From the NCBI RefSeq assembly GCF_048593235.1, contig NC_133619.1, positions 227,306,454 through 227,370,453 of the forward strand: a stretch of DNA of 64,000 bases, in the 5' to 3' direction. This document shows, one piece after another, positions 12,353 through 25,176 of this stretch (the stretch's first letter is position 1; every line of letters begins with the position of its first letter). The DNA is from Sminthopsis crassicaudata (Eukaryota). The notes under the pieces are model-generated. The model saw only the letters and a program-made list of their open reading frames with translations. It was not told where the DNA came from and made no database searches. Position numbers and translations under genes: made by a program.

Positions 12353-13119
12353 TTTGGTGACTCATATGGGGAGAGTCTGGCCTCCCCTGGCTCTATTCTC
12401 TTCTTGTCAAAGTAAACCCCCCATTTCCAACCCCCCCCAATCCTATTGCTGGGACAACCCAAACCACTAGGAGAAGACTTGTCTGGGTCATTGTGAGCTC
12501 CGTGCTGAGCAAGTTTTTCTTGACTGGGGATGCTCAGACTTCAAAATTCTTGCAATTTTTGTCAAAGTTCCTAGGGAACCTTTGCCACCTTTTCACTTTC
12601 TCTGGGATACCAGGAGAGATGGCTTTTGACAAAGATGGGACAGATCTCGTTCATGTCATTTTTATCTGTGTCTGCATCTCTGTGCAGAATGTCTGTATCA
12701 TGTTTGTTCTGTAAACTAGATTTTGTTACCTGGAAAGATTTAAAATGCAACCAGCAAGAAAAACCTTTTATGCTATAGTAATAATGCTGGGAAGATTTCT
12801 TAAAAAGTTTAACTTTTTTCCTGTGGACTTCAGTTCTGACCAGGCTGGGGGCTACACAAAAAGGTCAACTAATTAAAACTAAACTAGCATCTTAGCAGAT
12901 TCTCAAGGTTTTGAGAGCAATGATTAAAAAGTTTGGCACTTAGTCATTTTAAGATGGCAAGAAAAATTCCTGAAACATTGGGGATAATTCCAGAAATTTA
13001 TCCCATTCTGAGAGAAAAAACAAAAAACAAACTAGGTAAATAGCAGCTTTTTGCTAACCCTTTCTTGACTCCTATCTTACAATGACAATAAACTTTGCCC
13101 CTTGACTTGGATAATTTTT

Positions 13120-13880
13120 AAAAATTAATTAAAGCTTTTTGTTCACAAAATATATGCATGGGTAATTTTTCAACATTGACTCTTGCAAAACTTTTTGTTC
13201 CAAATTTTTCCCTCCTTACCCCCCCATAATCCAATACATGTTAAATATGTTAAAATATATGTTAAATCACACACACACACACATTTATACAGTTATCTTG
13301 CTGCACAAGAAAAATTGGATCTAGAAAGAAAAAAAAACAACCTGAGAAGGAAAACAAAATGCAAGCAAACAATAACAGAAAGAGTGGAAATGCTATGTTG
13401 TAAACCACAATCAGTTCTCACAGTCCTCTCTCTGAGTATAGATGGTTCTCTTCATCACTGAACAATTGGAACTGGTTTGAAGCATCTAATTATTGAAGAG
13501 AGCCATGTCCATCAGAACTGATCATTGTATTATATTGTCATTTCCGTGTATAATGATCTCCTGGTCCTGCTCATTTCACTCAGCATCAGTTCCTGTAAGT
13601 CTCTCCAGGCCTTTCTGAAATCATCCTGCTGGTCATTTCTTACAGAATAATAATATTCCATTACATTCATATACCATAATTTATTTAGCCATTCTCCAAC
13701 TGATGGGCATCCACTCAGTTTCCAGTTTCTGGCCACTACAAAGAGGGCTGCCACAAACATTCTTGCACATGCAGGTCCCTCTCTCTTCTTTAGTATCTTT
13801 TTGGGATATAAGCCCAGGAGTAACACTGCTGGATCAAAGAGTATGCAGAGTTTGATGGCCCTTTGGGCATAGTTCCAAAT
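13120..13880 (-). mobile_element. L1 3' fragment (ORF2 C-terminus plus 3' UTR)
   Basis: ORF 13530-13886 IWNYAQRAIKLCILFDPAVLLLGLYP...GEWLNKLWYMNVMEYY; same family as 2061-2927. Confidence 0.95.
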
Positions 13881-14419
13881 CAGCAAGCATCATATGTAAT
13901 GGAGATAAACTGGAACCATTCACCTAGATCAGGGGTGAAACAAGCTTGCACACTATCACATTTGACAAGCCTGCAAATTATTTTGAGACATCTGGTGATA
14001 CTTATCTGCGACCCCCAACCTTTTGGAGTCTCCACCCTCAAAAGTACTACAGACTTATGCATTTCTTTCTTTTTTTGTTCTTTTATCTTCCTTTCTTTGC
14101 TGTTCTTTCAGCTTTTTTTTTTTTTTAATTAAAACATCACTACTCAATAACTACCCTCTTCCATTAAAAATCTTGTAATAGATGAATGTAGTCCAGCAAA
14201 GTACCATAAATCAATATATTGGTTTGGCTGGAAACTAAATTTCTCATTCCCCTGTTGTTATCCACCACCTCTTTGACAATAGGCAAGAGGCCTTAGAAAT
14301 ATAGGCCTTTTGCCTTTTTCTATTCTCCTTTGGATCTGTATATTTTTCTGTGAATGTTTCTAAATATTCTTTTCTTTATTCCCCTTTACGGTTGAGTTTC
14401 CCTCCAATCTCTCATAATA

Positions 14420-15310
14420 TAGGCAGCACAGTGAATAGAGTGTTGGACTTGGATTTGGGACGACCAGAGTTCAAATTCTCATATATTTAATGGCCGAATG
14501 ATCCAGGCAAGTCATTTAATTCATATCTGCTTCAATTTCTTTATCTATAAAAGGGGTTTAATAATAGCACTTACTCCCAGCAATACTGTGAATATTTAAT
14601 CATGTCTCTACAATAAGGGAGAGATTTCAGGACTAGGTGTTCCTTTACAACCCTTCATAAGTCTAGATCTTTATAGGCCTCAAGGTCATGGCCTCTATTA
14701 CTGAGCAGCCCAGGCTAATTTAGTAAACTGTGTTGAGTCTTAAAGGAACATGAATTCTAAAAAGAGAACCCAAGTTATTTACTATTTTTGCCTCTTTTTC
14801 ATTATGTCCCTCAACCCATAGTAGAACTATTTCTTAAATAAAGTTTAGGTTTGGCTTTCACCTTGGTCCTCCCCAAAACACAAAGCAAAGTTACACTCTA
14901 CTTAAGGATGATTCTTGAGGCGGCAAGGTGGCACAGTGGGCAGAGCTGGGGGCCTGGGCCTCAGACACCTAGTGGCTCTGTCACCCTGAGCACCTCACTT
15001 TATCTCAGCGTCCACATGTGTAAAACAGTGGGAGGATTGTTGTAAGGACCAAACAACATAATATTTGTGAAGCATTTAGCACAGTGACTAGTAACTAGCA
15101 GCACTGTATAAATGTTAACTTCATTATATTATGAACATTGCTGTTTTAAGTATCAGCCTTTTGGGTTTGGGGTCTGACTTTTTGTGACCTCATTGGGGTT
15201 TTCTTGGCAAAGATATGAGGGAGATTTGCCATGTCCTTCTCCAGCTCATTTTACACCTGAAGAAACTAAGGCAAACAAGGTTAAGGGACTTATTCAGGCA
15301 TTTCCTCTTC
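14420..15310. mobile_element. Cluster of old SINEs: two MIR-like (about 14420-14600 and 14915-15125, +) and one MAR1-like (about 15195-15310)
   Basis: MIR core (AGAGTTCAAATTCT...CAAGTCATTTAA...TTTCTTTATCTATAAAA); MAR1-type GGTTTTCTTGGCAAAGAT...TTTGCCATGTCCTTCTCCAGCTCATTTTACA. Confidence 0.6.
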
Positions 15311-15843
15311 ACCTCAGACCTGCGCGCTCTGGGCAGTAACTGAATCCGGCCCTTCTGGCCAGCCTGGCATGTGTGGCTCATGTTTGTTCATGGGCAAGTC
15401 AGGATACCACCCTCGGCGCCTGAGAACCACTCGGTGCTCTTTGAGATAAAGGAAAAACAGCAGCAGCTGTTGGGTCCAGGAGTTCTAGGACTAAAACAGA
15501 AGAGGTCCAAGGGACTTGAGGGCCGATCGTAGGCTCGCCTTACAGGTATCTGATTTTTTCTGTCCCCCACAGCTCCGAGGCAAAGCAGCACACATGATTT
15601 CAGAAGCTGTCTCTCCCTTTATTATCTACTAGCCATACGTGATGCTCCATGGCCAGTTCTCTTTGATTCAACTGTGATGGAGTAGGGAGTGGGGCATAAG
15701 GGGACCAACCAGAATCCTTTGTTTGCGTGGGCCCTTTATCAAGAAGTCTCAGTGAGAGTGGCCAGGGCCAAGGCTTAGCATGTCATGAAAGAGGCTCCTG
15801 CCAGGACACGAGAAAGATTGAAGGCCTACCCTCACACATTCTC

Positions 15844-16000
15844 TTTTTTTTTTTTTTTTTTTTTTTTCTGAGGCTGGGGTTAAGTGACTTGCCCAGGGTC
15901 ACACAGCTAGGAAGTTGTTAAGTGTCTGAGACCAGATTTGAACTCGGGTCCTCCTGAATTCAGGACTGGTGCTCTATCCACTGCGCCACCTAGCTGCCCC
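15844..16000 (-). mobile_element. Young full-length WSINE1-like SINE
   Basis: Long T tract, intact body, 13-bp TSD CTCACACATTCTC (15831-15843 and 16001-16013). Confidence 0.92.
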
Positions 16001-16214
16001 CTCACACATTCTCCATGAGACAGTCATTTACCCTAGAGTCTTAAGGGTAAGCCTTCCTCTGTGCATACCCATGATCTCCCAGTTCTAGCTAGCTGGTACA
16101 AAAGGGCTCTTAAGTGGATAAGGGGACTCTTCTTGGCAAGAACAACCCCTTCACTTATTTCTTGGATTCTTTTCATTCCCCTTTCTTTGGGGAACTTGTT
16201 CCATCAATAATTCC

Positions 16215-16583
16215 TCTAGAGGGTCCCAGATAGTGGGGGAACTCTGGGTGAGGTACAAGACCCTTCAGCCCAGAGGGAACCGGCTGACAATGTCTGGTTC
16301 AGCTCCCCAGCTCCCTTTGGGGCGTCTCAGTCTTCTGAGAAGTTGGGGGCAGTTGAAGCAGAGATACTTGCAGTAAAGAGGGATCTACATAATAATAGAA
16401 GGGTTATTATAATTAGCACATGCTCAGTGTGTTGTGGTGATGTAATTTTACTAGGGTATTTAAGACAGAGAGAACTTGAAATAAATGGACTCTATATTTG
16501 ACCATTCACATGAGTCCCTGCCTCTTTATTCCTCTTCTAAGAACAAGGACTGGTACTGAGATCCTCCAGAGATGGATGGTACA
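16215..16583 (+). mobile_element. Solo LTR with 6-bp TSD
   Basis: AATTCC at 16209-16214 and 16584-16589; TATTTAA near 16477; AATAAA near 16500; ends ...GGTACA. U5-like sequence resembles the LTRs at 41876 and 44753. Confidence 0.75.
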
Positions 16584-17484
16584 AATTCCTTCTCTCTCAT
16601 CTCTCCTGAACTATTTATTCTTTTCTTGATGCATAAATACACCTTTAGTCTCTATCCATATTCGATTCAGTTCAACAAGCATTTATTAAATGCCTATTAT
16701 GTGCATAGGCACTGTGTTAGGCATGGAAGATAAAAAAGCAAAAAGGAAACAATTCTTGTTGAGCAGGGAAATAACAGTGTCCTAATCTAACTTATGTAAT
16801 ACCCATAACTGCTTCCCAGTCTGTCTCCAGGTGACTTCTAATGCCTGATGGTCACTGAAGGTTCCACGATCCAGAGCCATCACAGTTATTTCCTCTTGCA
16901 GCATTCCAAGATCCTTTCTGGTGTCCAGGCAATCCAATCTCACCAGCAGCTTATCCACTGCTGGCCTGACTTCTAAATACCCAGGAATGATTAAGTGGGA
17001 GTCCCAGATCTCCGAGTCGGAGTGACTCTCCCACACCATCCTGCATGTTTGATGCCCATACAGACGCTCCGGATGTGTCAGGTGTGGTTGCCATAAGAAA
17101 AGTTTATCCATTTGGAAAATTGTGCCACCACAGGAATATAAGTAATGAAATCCTGTTTGTGTTGATTCCTTGGGCCTGCACAAATCCTGAAGCTTTTCTC
17201 TCCTTCAGTGACTTCTAAATGGGAAAAATAAAAAACAAACAGTATTTCATAAAAATGGAAGAGCTCTTCATTTTCTCTCTTTGGTAAATAGTAATGATCC
17301 TAATTCCTCCCTGCCATATCCCTTCTTGGTCTGTCTTCTCTTCAGCATAGCTAAAAGTAGCATAAAAGCCAGAATGGAGAGGCCGTAGATTAATACTTTC
17401 CATGTAAAAAGTATTGATTTTGTAAATATAGAGAATATTAGTTTTTTTTATATATACAAAAGCACCTACCCCCATCTTGACTCA

Positions 17485-17746
17485 CATTCCTCTTGTTGTG
17501 GTTGAGGATTTTAAGTGTAAAATCATTAATATGTAATATTTCACAAATTTATCATAAATTGGCTCATATTTTGTCCTTATTCCATTAATATTCTGAGCTC
17601 CTCCACATCTCTCTGTGACCCAAAAGTAAAGCAAATTCAATGGAGATTGATAAGAGAATTCCATCCTCACAATCATTGTATTACAAATAGGATAGTCAGG
17701 GACTTGGTTAAGCCTGATCATAACTGGTTGGGCTTCTTTCTAACTC
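17485..17746 (-). pseudogene. Degraded coding-like segment A (paralogue of segment B; possibly PRR30-related)
   Basis: KEAQPVMIRLNQVPDYPICNTMIVRMEF; 65 of 79 aligned nt identical to segment B, with 9 of 14 substitutions at third codon positions. Confidence 0.4.
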
Positions 17747-18479
17747 AAAAGTTAGGGCCACAAACACTCTAGTCTTATAGGTATTTATTTTATGGGTATT
17801 TAATTTCTTTGTTCAGATGAACAATTTCACAATAATCGCATTATCTATTACTTTATAGTACTGAGTACTTCCTTCCAAGTTTCTTGGAAATATCTCACCC
17901 TCTTGGGGAGAAGCAGGTCTAGACTGAATTTTTTTTTGGTTGGTTCCTATATTTTTTGAAAGATGAAAGATTACAGAGGGCTTTAAATGCCAGGCGTTAT
18001 TGTAATTCTGTTCTGAATCAGGCACTGTGAGAGGAAGGACCTTTGTACCACAAGACATACTAATACTAAACCCAATTCTCATGCTAGGTCTGATGTTGGC
18101 GATGGTGATGAGGTCAAGGTAGCAATTCCTATTTCGAAATAAACATGTGGCAAATTCCCAATGGCCATTCTTTTTGCCAAAAAGTAGGAGAAAAGGTTGC
18201 AGACAAAATAAGAGGTAAAATAGGGACCAGAAGTGGCAAATAAGAATGAGTTGGAAGAGCAATATCGTTATCAAGGAAAAGAGTTTGGAAGAATCTTTTA
18301 AAGGAATATGCCATTAGGCCTGAATATGCCATTAACTGGCGGGTTAAATACACAGAGGAGTTTAGCAAAATTAGCTAGATAGTAAGGAGAAAGATGCCAT
18401 TAAAGGGAAGGCACTATGAGAGAGAGAGAAAGATCTTCATCATCAGATTTTTTTATAGGGGAAATATAACCTGGGGGTT

Positions 18480-19136
18480 TCTCAGGGAAGGAGGGTGCTA
18501 GAGTTTGGGACTCTGCCCAGGGGAGTACCGAGGCCACCTCGACCTTTGGGGCTGTTTTCGGTCCTGTTGCATAAGTGGGAAAGGTTTCGGCCTGAGGATC
18601 ACAGTGTCCTTGCTCATAAGCAGGGTTGCCTGGATAGGGCCTCTCACCTGTATGACAGATGCAAAGCCCACGAGCCTTCTCTGAATGGAGATTGGGTATT
18701 GCCTACTGTTCACACATTGATCATGCTTGCAAAAATGCATGTCGGCAAGGCTGTATAGCATAATACACTGGAGCTCTTTTCCCACTCTATGAGCCTCCTG
18801 CCTCATTCATCTTGCCTCTCTGATCAGAGGGCTCATACTCCATGAGCACTCAATGAAGACTGCCACAACTGAGGGGAAGTGTCAGGGAGCTCAGAAGGTA
18901 GGGTGAAAGGGGAGCCCGAAGGAATACCTGACAGATGAGCCCCAGATCTGTCTAAAAGATACACTAATCCATGTCTCAAAGGTTGTTTAAAGATGTCCAG
19001 AGCTTGGGGGACAGACAAGGGAGGTTGATTGATATAGAAATCTACTCTCACAATCATTCTATACAAACAGGATAATCTGGCACTTGTTAAGCCTTTTTAT
19101 AGCTGGCTGGGCTTCTTCCAGACTCCAAGAAGCCAT
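18480..19136 (-). pseudogene. Degraded coding-like segment B, putative PRR30-like relic
   Basis: ATG at 19136 gives MASWSLEEAQPAIKRLN, then after a -1 shift VPDYPVCIE*L*...LPCLSPKL. Resembles my recollection of PRR30 (EYPICLVCLR...GPRL) and lies at the syntenic position and strand. Not verified by search. Confidence 0.35.
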
Positions 19137-19199
19137 CAATGGTGGCTGTGTTCGCAAAGGAGGAAGGTAGAACACCTTTACTTGACCTTTCTATCCCTT

Positions 19200-20780
19200 A
19201 GGGCATTTCTCTATATTTCTAGTATTCCTTTGAAAGTTGGCTACACTCTCAACTTCTACTTCCTCACTTCAACCTTGCAAGTCTGGCTGCTGCTCTCCAA
19301 GGCCATGGATGAGCTTAACTTCTAAATCCAATGGCTTTTTCTCATCCTCCACTTCTTTGACTTCTACACTTTTGATATTAATATATACCTTTCACATGAT
19401 ATTTTTTTTTTCCTAATTCTCCTCTGTCCTACCATTTCTCACCTGGTTCACCATCAAAACCTTTCACTCCCTAAGTATGGGTTATTCTCAAACATTCATC
19501 CTGGGACCTTTTCTCTTTTCTCCTGATACTCCCCTGGTGAGCTCCATAACTTCCACAGCTTCAATTTTCAACACTATGCAGATGACCCCTGAATTTATAT
19601 CTCCCATCCTAATTTCTCTTCTAAGTGTTGGTTCTGCTTTCACTGATTGTCTGCCTGATACCTTCACCTGATGGCACCTCAAATTCAACATATTCAAGAC
19701 AGAACTCATCATCATACTCTCCAACCTGCCCCTTCTCCCAAGTTCCCCATTTCTGTAGCAGGTATCACCATATACCTTGGTTTGAAATCCTTTAATTCCC
19801 ATATCAAATAGTTTCCCAAATCTTGCAGATTCTTTATTTACAATGTCTTTTGCCTCTGCCTTTTTCTACTTTCCTGGTCACCATCCTATTTTAAGACCTT
19901 ATTATCCATTTACCTGGATTCTTGCCATAGCCTCTCAGTTGTCTTCCTTATGTTCAGCCTTTCTAGCTTCTCCCTTATTTCCAATCCATCCTTCACTTAG
20001 CTGTCAAAAGAACTTTCCCAGCAAAGTGTTTATGGAACTGTGTTTGGAACGTATGGAAATGTGTTTAAAAGGATTGCACATATTTAGCTTATATTGCATT
20101 GCTTGCTATCTTGGGGAGGAGGGAGAAAAAAATTTGGAACACAAAGTCTTACAAAAATCAGTGTTGAAAACTATCTTTACATGTATTGAACATTAAAAGC
20201 ACACACACAAACCAAAAGGACTTTCCCAGGATCTGAAAGAAGCCCCATCATTGCTTGCTTACAGCCTCCAGGAAAAAATAGAGACTCTTTTCCCAGCATT
20301 GGAGGACCTTGGCAATCTACCTTCCATCTAGCTTTATTTCCATCTGTATTTCTCACCCCTCTTTTTCTGCACTCTGCGTCCTAGCCAAACTGTTCCTCGA
20401 CTAAAAGCCATCTCCTACATTCAGGCATTTACCTGGAGGGCTATCCATGCCCCCATCCCCACCCCTCACCTCCATTTTTGGATGAGCTCTTTTTCTCAGT
20501 TGGCCCTTCCAAGAAGACTTATTTTTTTTAGGTTCAGCTTAGGAAGTACCTTCTCCATGTAGCCTTCCTAGATCCTAGACACCTGAAATTTCTCTCCCCA
20601 CATTTTCTCTGTATTTTGTATAGCTCTGGATCCCAAAATTGTACCACACTTAATGTGTGACTGTGCCTTCTCCCTCTCCCCTCTGGCTGTGGAAGTTCCT
20701 TGAGAGCAGGAGTAGTTTCCCTGGAGCCTCCGAAGAAGGCTAGTAAATGCTTGTTGAGTTTTGGAAGTGAGGGGAAAGAA
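19200..20780 (+). mobile_element. L2 fragments (about 19200-19960 and 20320-20780) with an intervening L1 3' UTR piece (about 20020-20195)
   Basis: L2-type CACCTCAAATTCAACATATTCAAGACAGAACTCATCAT and 3' end AGTAAATGCTTGTTGAGT; L1 3' UTR GAAAACTATCTTTACATGTATT. Confidence 0.65.
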
Positions 20781-21359
20781 ACACTCTCACTGGAAGGGAG
20801 ACAGAAGAACTTCCTCACAAGCTCAGTAGTAGCTGAGACACCATTTCCCAAGAACTAGATGGGAGTTTTTGGAGAGGGTTGGGGGGGAGGAGTTGGGTCT
20901 CATTAATCTCTGCTGAGTTCCAGCAGGCAGGACTGGTGTCCCAAAACCGAGCTCCCAAGGCCACCACAGGAATCCTCTCGGAGTGGGGCCGGACCAAGGG
21001 GAAGGGATTTCAGCTTCCATCTACCCTCCAGCCTCCCTCAGCACCCCCTCCCAGTGCTAGCCACTCCCATAGACATCAGGCTCTTCCCTCCCTTTCCCCT
21101 CTTCCCCCCCCCCCAGCTCACAATGTCCTCCCCCTACCCAGGCTGGGGTGCAAGGCAAGCAGGAGGTTCTTGAGGGGGATGGGCTGGGTGGGCGGTTTTC
21201 CCAGAGCGAGGAGTGGAGCGGGGCCGAGTTGGCGCCAGCTCCCACAGATAAAGACACTCCTGGCCAGCTGACCATCCAGCTCAGGCCAGCTCCAGCCCAG
21301 GGGCCCACACAGGAGCCGCTTCCCTGTCCGGTGGGCAGCACCCATCTCAGCAGGGTGAC

Positions 21360-24300
21360 ATGACACAGAGGGAAGCCAGGACTTCTCCCAGGATGCCTGG
21401 CCTGGGCGGCCCCGGCGGCGGCGGACCTGGGCTGGCACTGGGCACTGACAGGAAGCGGAGCCGCCTGATGAAGGCGAAGCAGGGACTATGGGGAGAAACT
21501 AGCTGGGGAAGTCAGAGATGGAGCAGACCGAGCCCCGCCATCCATAATCCCAGAGCCAGGAGCTTGGCCGTTGGCAGGGTAAGGAGAAAGGGCATCCCTA
21601 GAGAAGGTCATCGGAGGTCTGACCCACCAGGAGGAGGGGAAGATGGAGAGCCTCTATGTGGAGGCTATGGCAGGAGGGTGGCAGCGAAGCGCCATGTTGG
21701 AGGGCTGGAGCTAGACAATGCTAGTGCTGCCCTCCTAGAAACGGGGTCATCGCTGGCACGGCGGGCACCTGCTCTGGCACGGAGCACTGGGAAGAATGAC
21801 CGGGGAATCCAAATGCCAGCCTTGCCACTCGCTGCTGACACAGGCAAATCATGTCAGCTCTTTGAGAGATTCCATTCTCCCATCTATAAAGTAGAGCTCA
21901 CAGTACTTGTATGACCTACCATACGCTGGTAGGAGGAATGAACTTGGTAAAATGCAAAGTGATGTAGAAACGTTCATGATTATTGCTAGTTATTCACCTT
22001 TCCGCAGCCTGGCTAAGCCTAACACCTGAGTTTTAGGGGCTCAGAATGGGGTTCGTTATCAGTCAGAGGCTGAGAACTAGGTTTGGGAGGAGGTGCTATG
22101 AGCTGGAATAGTAAGATAAAGGAGCCAAATAGTCTATTTTGGAGGAAAGATGGTAGTATTAATTCTGTCTTGGGCCCCTACACAGGGTGAGTCCAGTCCG
22201 GAGAATGCAGCCCGGGAGCGGAGTAGAGTAAGGACTCTGCGCCAGGCCTTTCTGGCTCTGCAAGCAGCATTGCCTGCAGTGCCCCCAGACACTAAACTCT
22301 CGAAACTGGATGTCCTCGTCTTGGCCACAAGCTACATAGCCCACCTTACGCAAGCGCTTGGCCAGGAGCTGCCGGGGGCGGCCTGGCCCCCCTTCTTGCG
22401 CGGGCTCCGCTACCTGCACCCTCTCAAGGTAACTGGGAGATTCTTCTCCCTAGGATGGGGATGAAGTATGCCTGAGACAGTGGGCTCTTCTTGGCGTAGG
22501 AAATACTCTGTAGCCGGCAGATTCAGGGATGGAGGAAGGGGAGCTGGCTGCCGAGCTGGGGATGCCCAGGATGCGTGTTGGGTTGTGGGGAGGAACCAAG
22601 AACAAATCTCAGAAAGAAGAGCATGCTATAGTGGAAAGGTGACCATGGGCTGCTCCTCTAGGCTTCAACGCCCTTTTTTCTCAGATGGAAGTCCTGGATT
22701 AGATGGCCTCTGTGGTCTCTTGCAGCTCTGAGGCTGACCCCGTCTGCCTCCTGAATAGAGAGGAATAGCTAGGAAGACACTGGGAGCTGGCCGGCTCCCA
22801 GTAATCTCTTCCTAACACTACTGTACAGCTCTCCTTTGATGGAAAACAGGTTTGGGGACCAAGGCGCTTACCCAACACATCTCCGTCCACAGCAGCACAC
22901 TCTCCTCACACACAGGTGGTAGAGTCTGGGCAAGGGGCAGCTCTTATTCCTGGAAAACAGTATTGTGGTGGGGGTCAACTGTGTCAACTGGGAAACTTAA
23001 CTTTAGCCTTCTTTATGACACTTTTCTAATGATTTTTAAAATTAAATAGTATCAAGAAAATATTTGAATTTATTAAAAACTTCTTCCACTAAATCCCTAT
23101 TCTGAAACCTTATCATGACAGAGTTGTAACCCTGGATTAGAAAGATAGCTTGATATATCATTATCATTCTCAAAGCTTGTGCCTAGTAGGGAGCAACCTC
23201 TGAGTGGTTCTCCTGGGCTGAAGAAACTTCACAGACATATGTGTCTGTTATCCCAAGGCCCTGCCTAACTAAATTGGGTAAGGCCCATTGCCAGATTAAC
23301 TACAGAGTAGAGATTTCTGTCTTCAAAAAATATTATATTGACCTTTAAGGTTTTCAAAGCACTTTTCATTAATATCCTATCCTCAAAACAACCTTATGAG
23401 ATAACTATTGTTGTCATTTTATAGATAGAAAAACTGAGCCTCAGAGAGTGTGTGAATAGTCCAGGTTTAAGCAATTTGTTAAGTATAGAAAGCAAGATTT
23501 GATAAGTCTTCCTGTCTCCAAGCCTAACTCTCTATGCCCTACCACTGTTTTTCATTTATAACCCTAACAATTATCTAAAAACATGAAAGGTGATGAGCTG
23601 TTAGTAGACAAATTATCTGGAACTTCTGGAGTAGGAAAACTTAAGTCAAAGCCAAGAATCTGAGTCCAAAGGGGTGAGAATTTTGAATGATAATCCTGAC
23701 ATCACATAGGTAATACAATTGACTTGGTTAAAGAGGTAGGAAAGGGATGGGGTATCACTTCCCTCTACCTTTCATCCAGCTAAAGAAAAAGCCTTCATAT
23801 ATTGGAGAAGGCCAACCTCCTCATTCTCTAGATGAGAAAACTTGGCTTTAGTAAGGGAAGTGGTTTCCAAGTGGAAAAGGTGGGGCTTAAACCCAGAGCT
23901 TCTAACACTGAAACAAATGCTCTTTCCACTGTAGCAAATGGTTCTCAAACTTTTGGTCTCATCTTAGGACCAGCTTACTCTTTAAGTTACTTAAAGATTC
24001 CAAAGAACTTGTTTATTTGGGTTAGATCTAGCTATATTTGCAGTTTGCTTTGGAAGTTAAAATTTTTTTTTATTATTATTATAAATTGTTCTTATATACT
24101 GCTTTGAAAGGGTTTTGGTCCTGAGGCCACACTTTGAGAATGGCTGTGAAGATGACTGACTATTTGGCCCGAGAACCATTGCCTTAAAATTGACAAGAGA
24201 ATTTAGTCAAACTCAGGAAAAACTGCTTAATAATTAAAGCCATCCAACTGCAGACTAAACTACCTCTAGAATGGATAAGTGGATCCTCACCAGAAAGCCT

Positions 24301-25176
24301 TCAAGAATACTTAGTGAAAACATTAGTGAGAATTCTTTTAGGTGTGAGTTAGACTTGATGGTCCCAGAGATCCCTCCTAACCCTTAAATTCTATGAATCT
24401 CTGATGAGCTATGTCAAAGGGACAGAAGCTCAGGCTTCTCCTTACTCAGGGACCCCATGAGAAAGGGTTGGGATGGAGCAGTACAGGGAATGGACAACAG
24501 GTGCTAAATTGACCAAGTCCTTTCACTGGCCAATTAAATTCAGGGCAGAATTCTGGTTATTCATTTAATGACCTCAAGGTGGATGTAGGTTCCTAATGGC
24601 CTCCAACTACTGTCAACTTGCCAGGCCCAAGCACTGCCTTCAGAGTGGGTGGAGTTTCATTCTCTACTGGCTTTTTCTCTTATCAATTTTAATTTGACTT
24701 TTCAACCAGCACTTAATCAATTGTGTGCCAGGTGTTAGGGAAACAAAGACAATTAATCAGTCCCAGTCCCCACCAGCTTGCTTTTCCAGGAGGGAATGAG
24801 AGAAAATCACGTTGATATGGATGTAAATACAAATTAAATGCAAAGTAATTTCATGGAGTGTATGAAGTTTAATGAGGTAGAGATGCTAAAGGAAGGTTAG
24901 ATTTGGGTTCTAAGAGATCAGGATCTGCAAGAAGATGATTTGAGGTTTCTACTACATGTATTATTAACATTACTTCTTTCCTATCCTTATGTCTTGCAGA
25001 AATGGCCAATGAGATCTCGCCTTTATGCTGGAGCCTTGGGGCCATCTGGCCTTGATCCTCCTACTACCAGTGCTCCTGGCCAGAGAATGTGGGAATCAGC
25101 AATCAGCCCCCAAGTCCCTGGAGAGGTGGAATTCATTCCTCCCAAGCCAGTCTCACCAACTTGCAGCAGCAAATAA
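21360..25176 (+). CDS. TCF23: Transcription factor 23 (bHLH), 212 aa
   Basis: Exons 21360-21578, 22186-22428, 25000-25176, all phase 0 with GT-AG. MTQREAR...[49 protein letters not shown]...[19 protein letters not shown] matches recalled human TCF23. Confidence 0.96.
23935..24146. mobile_element. Charlie1-like hAT MITE in TCF23 intron 2
   Basis: Imperfect TIRs CAAATGGTTCTCAAACT / ACTTTGAGAATGGCTG; internal CCAAAGAACTTGTTTATTTGGGTT. No clear TSD. Confidence 0.55.

Noticed and set aside
15844-16000. SINE heads (also 2932, 46186, 55545, 56595) as tRNA genes
   Set aside because: A/B-box-like heads continue into SINE bodies, with tails and TSDs in the young copies; no complete cloverleaf.
18634-18654. 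HTGERPY (C2H2 zinc-finger linker) on the minus strand
   Set aside because: No CxxC...HxxxH pattern on either side; probably chance.
19085-19136. EAQPAIKRLN as an RRM helix, and TATAAAAA (19094-19101, minus strand) as a TATA box
   Set aside because: No RNP1/RNP2 motifs upstream, and the TATA-like run is not conserved in paralogous segment A (TATGATCA).
21360-21914. 184-aa ORF as a separate protein
   Set aside because: It is TCF23 exon 1 reading through a canonical GTAAGG donor into GC-rich intron; no evidence for intron retention.
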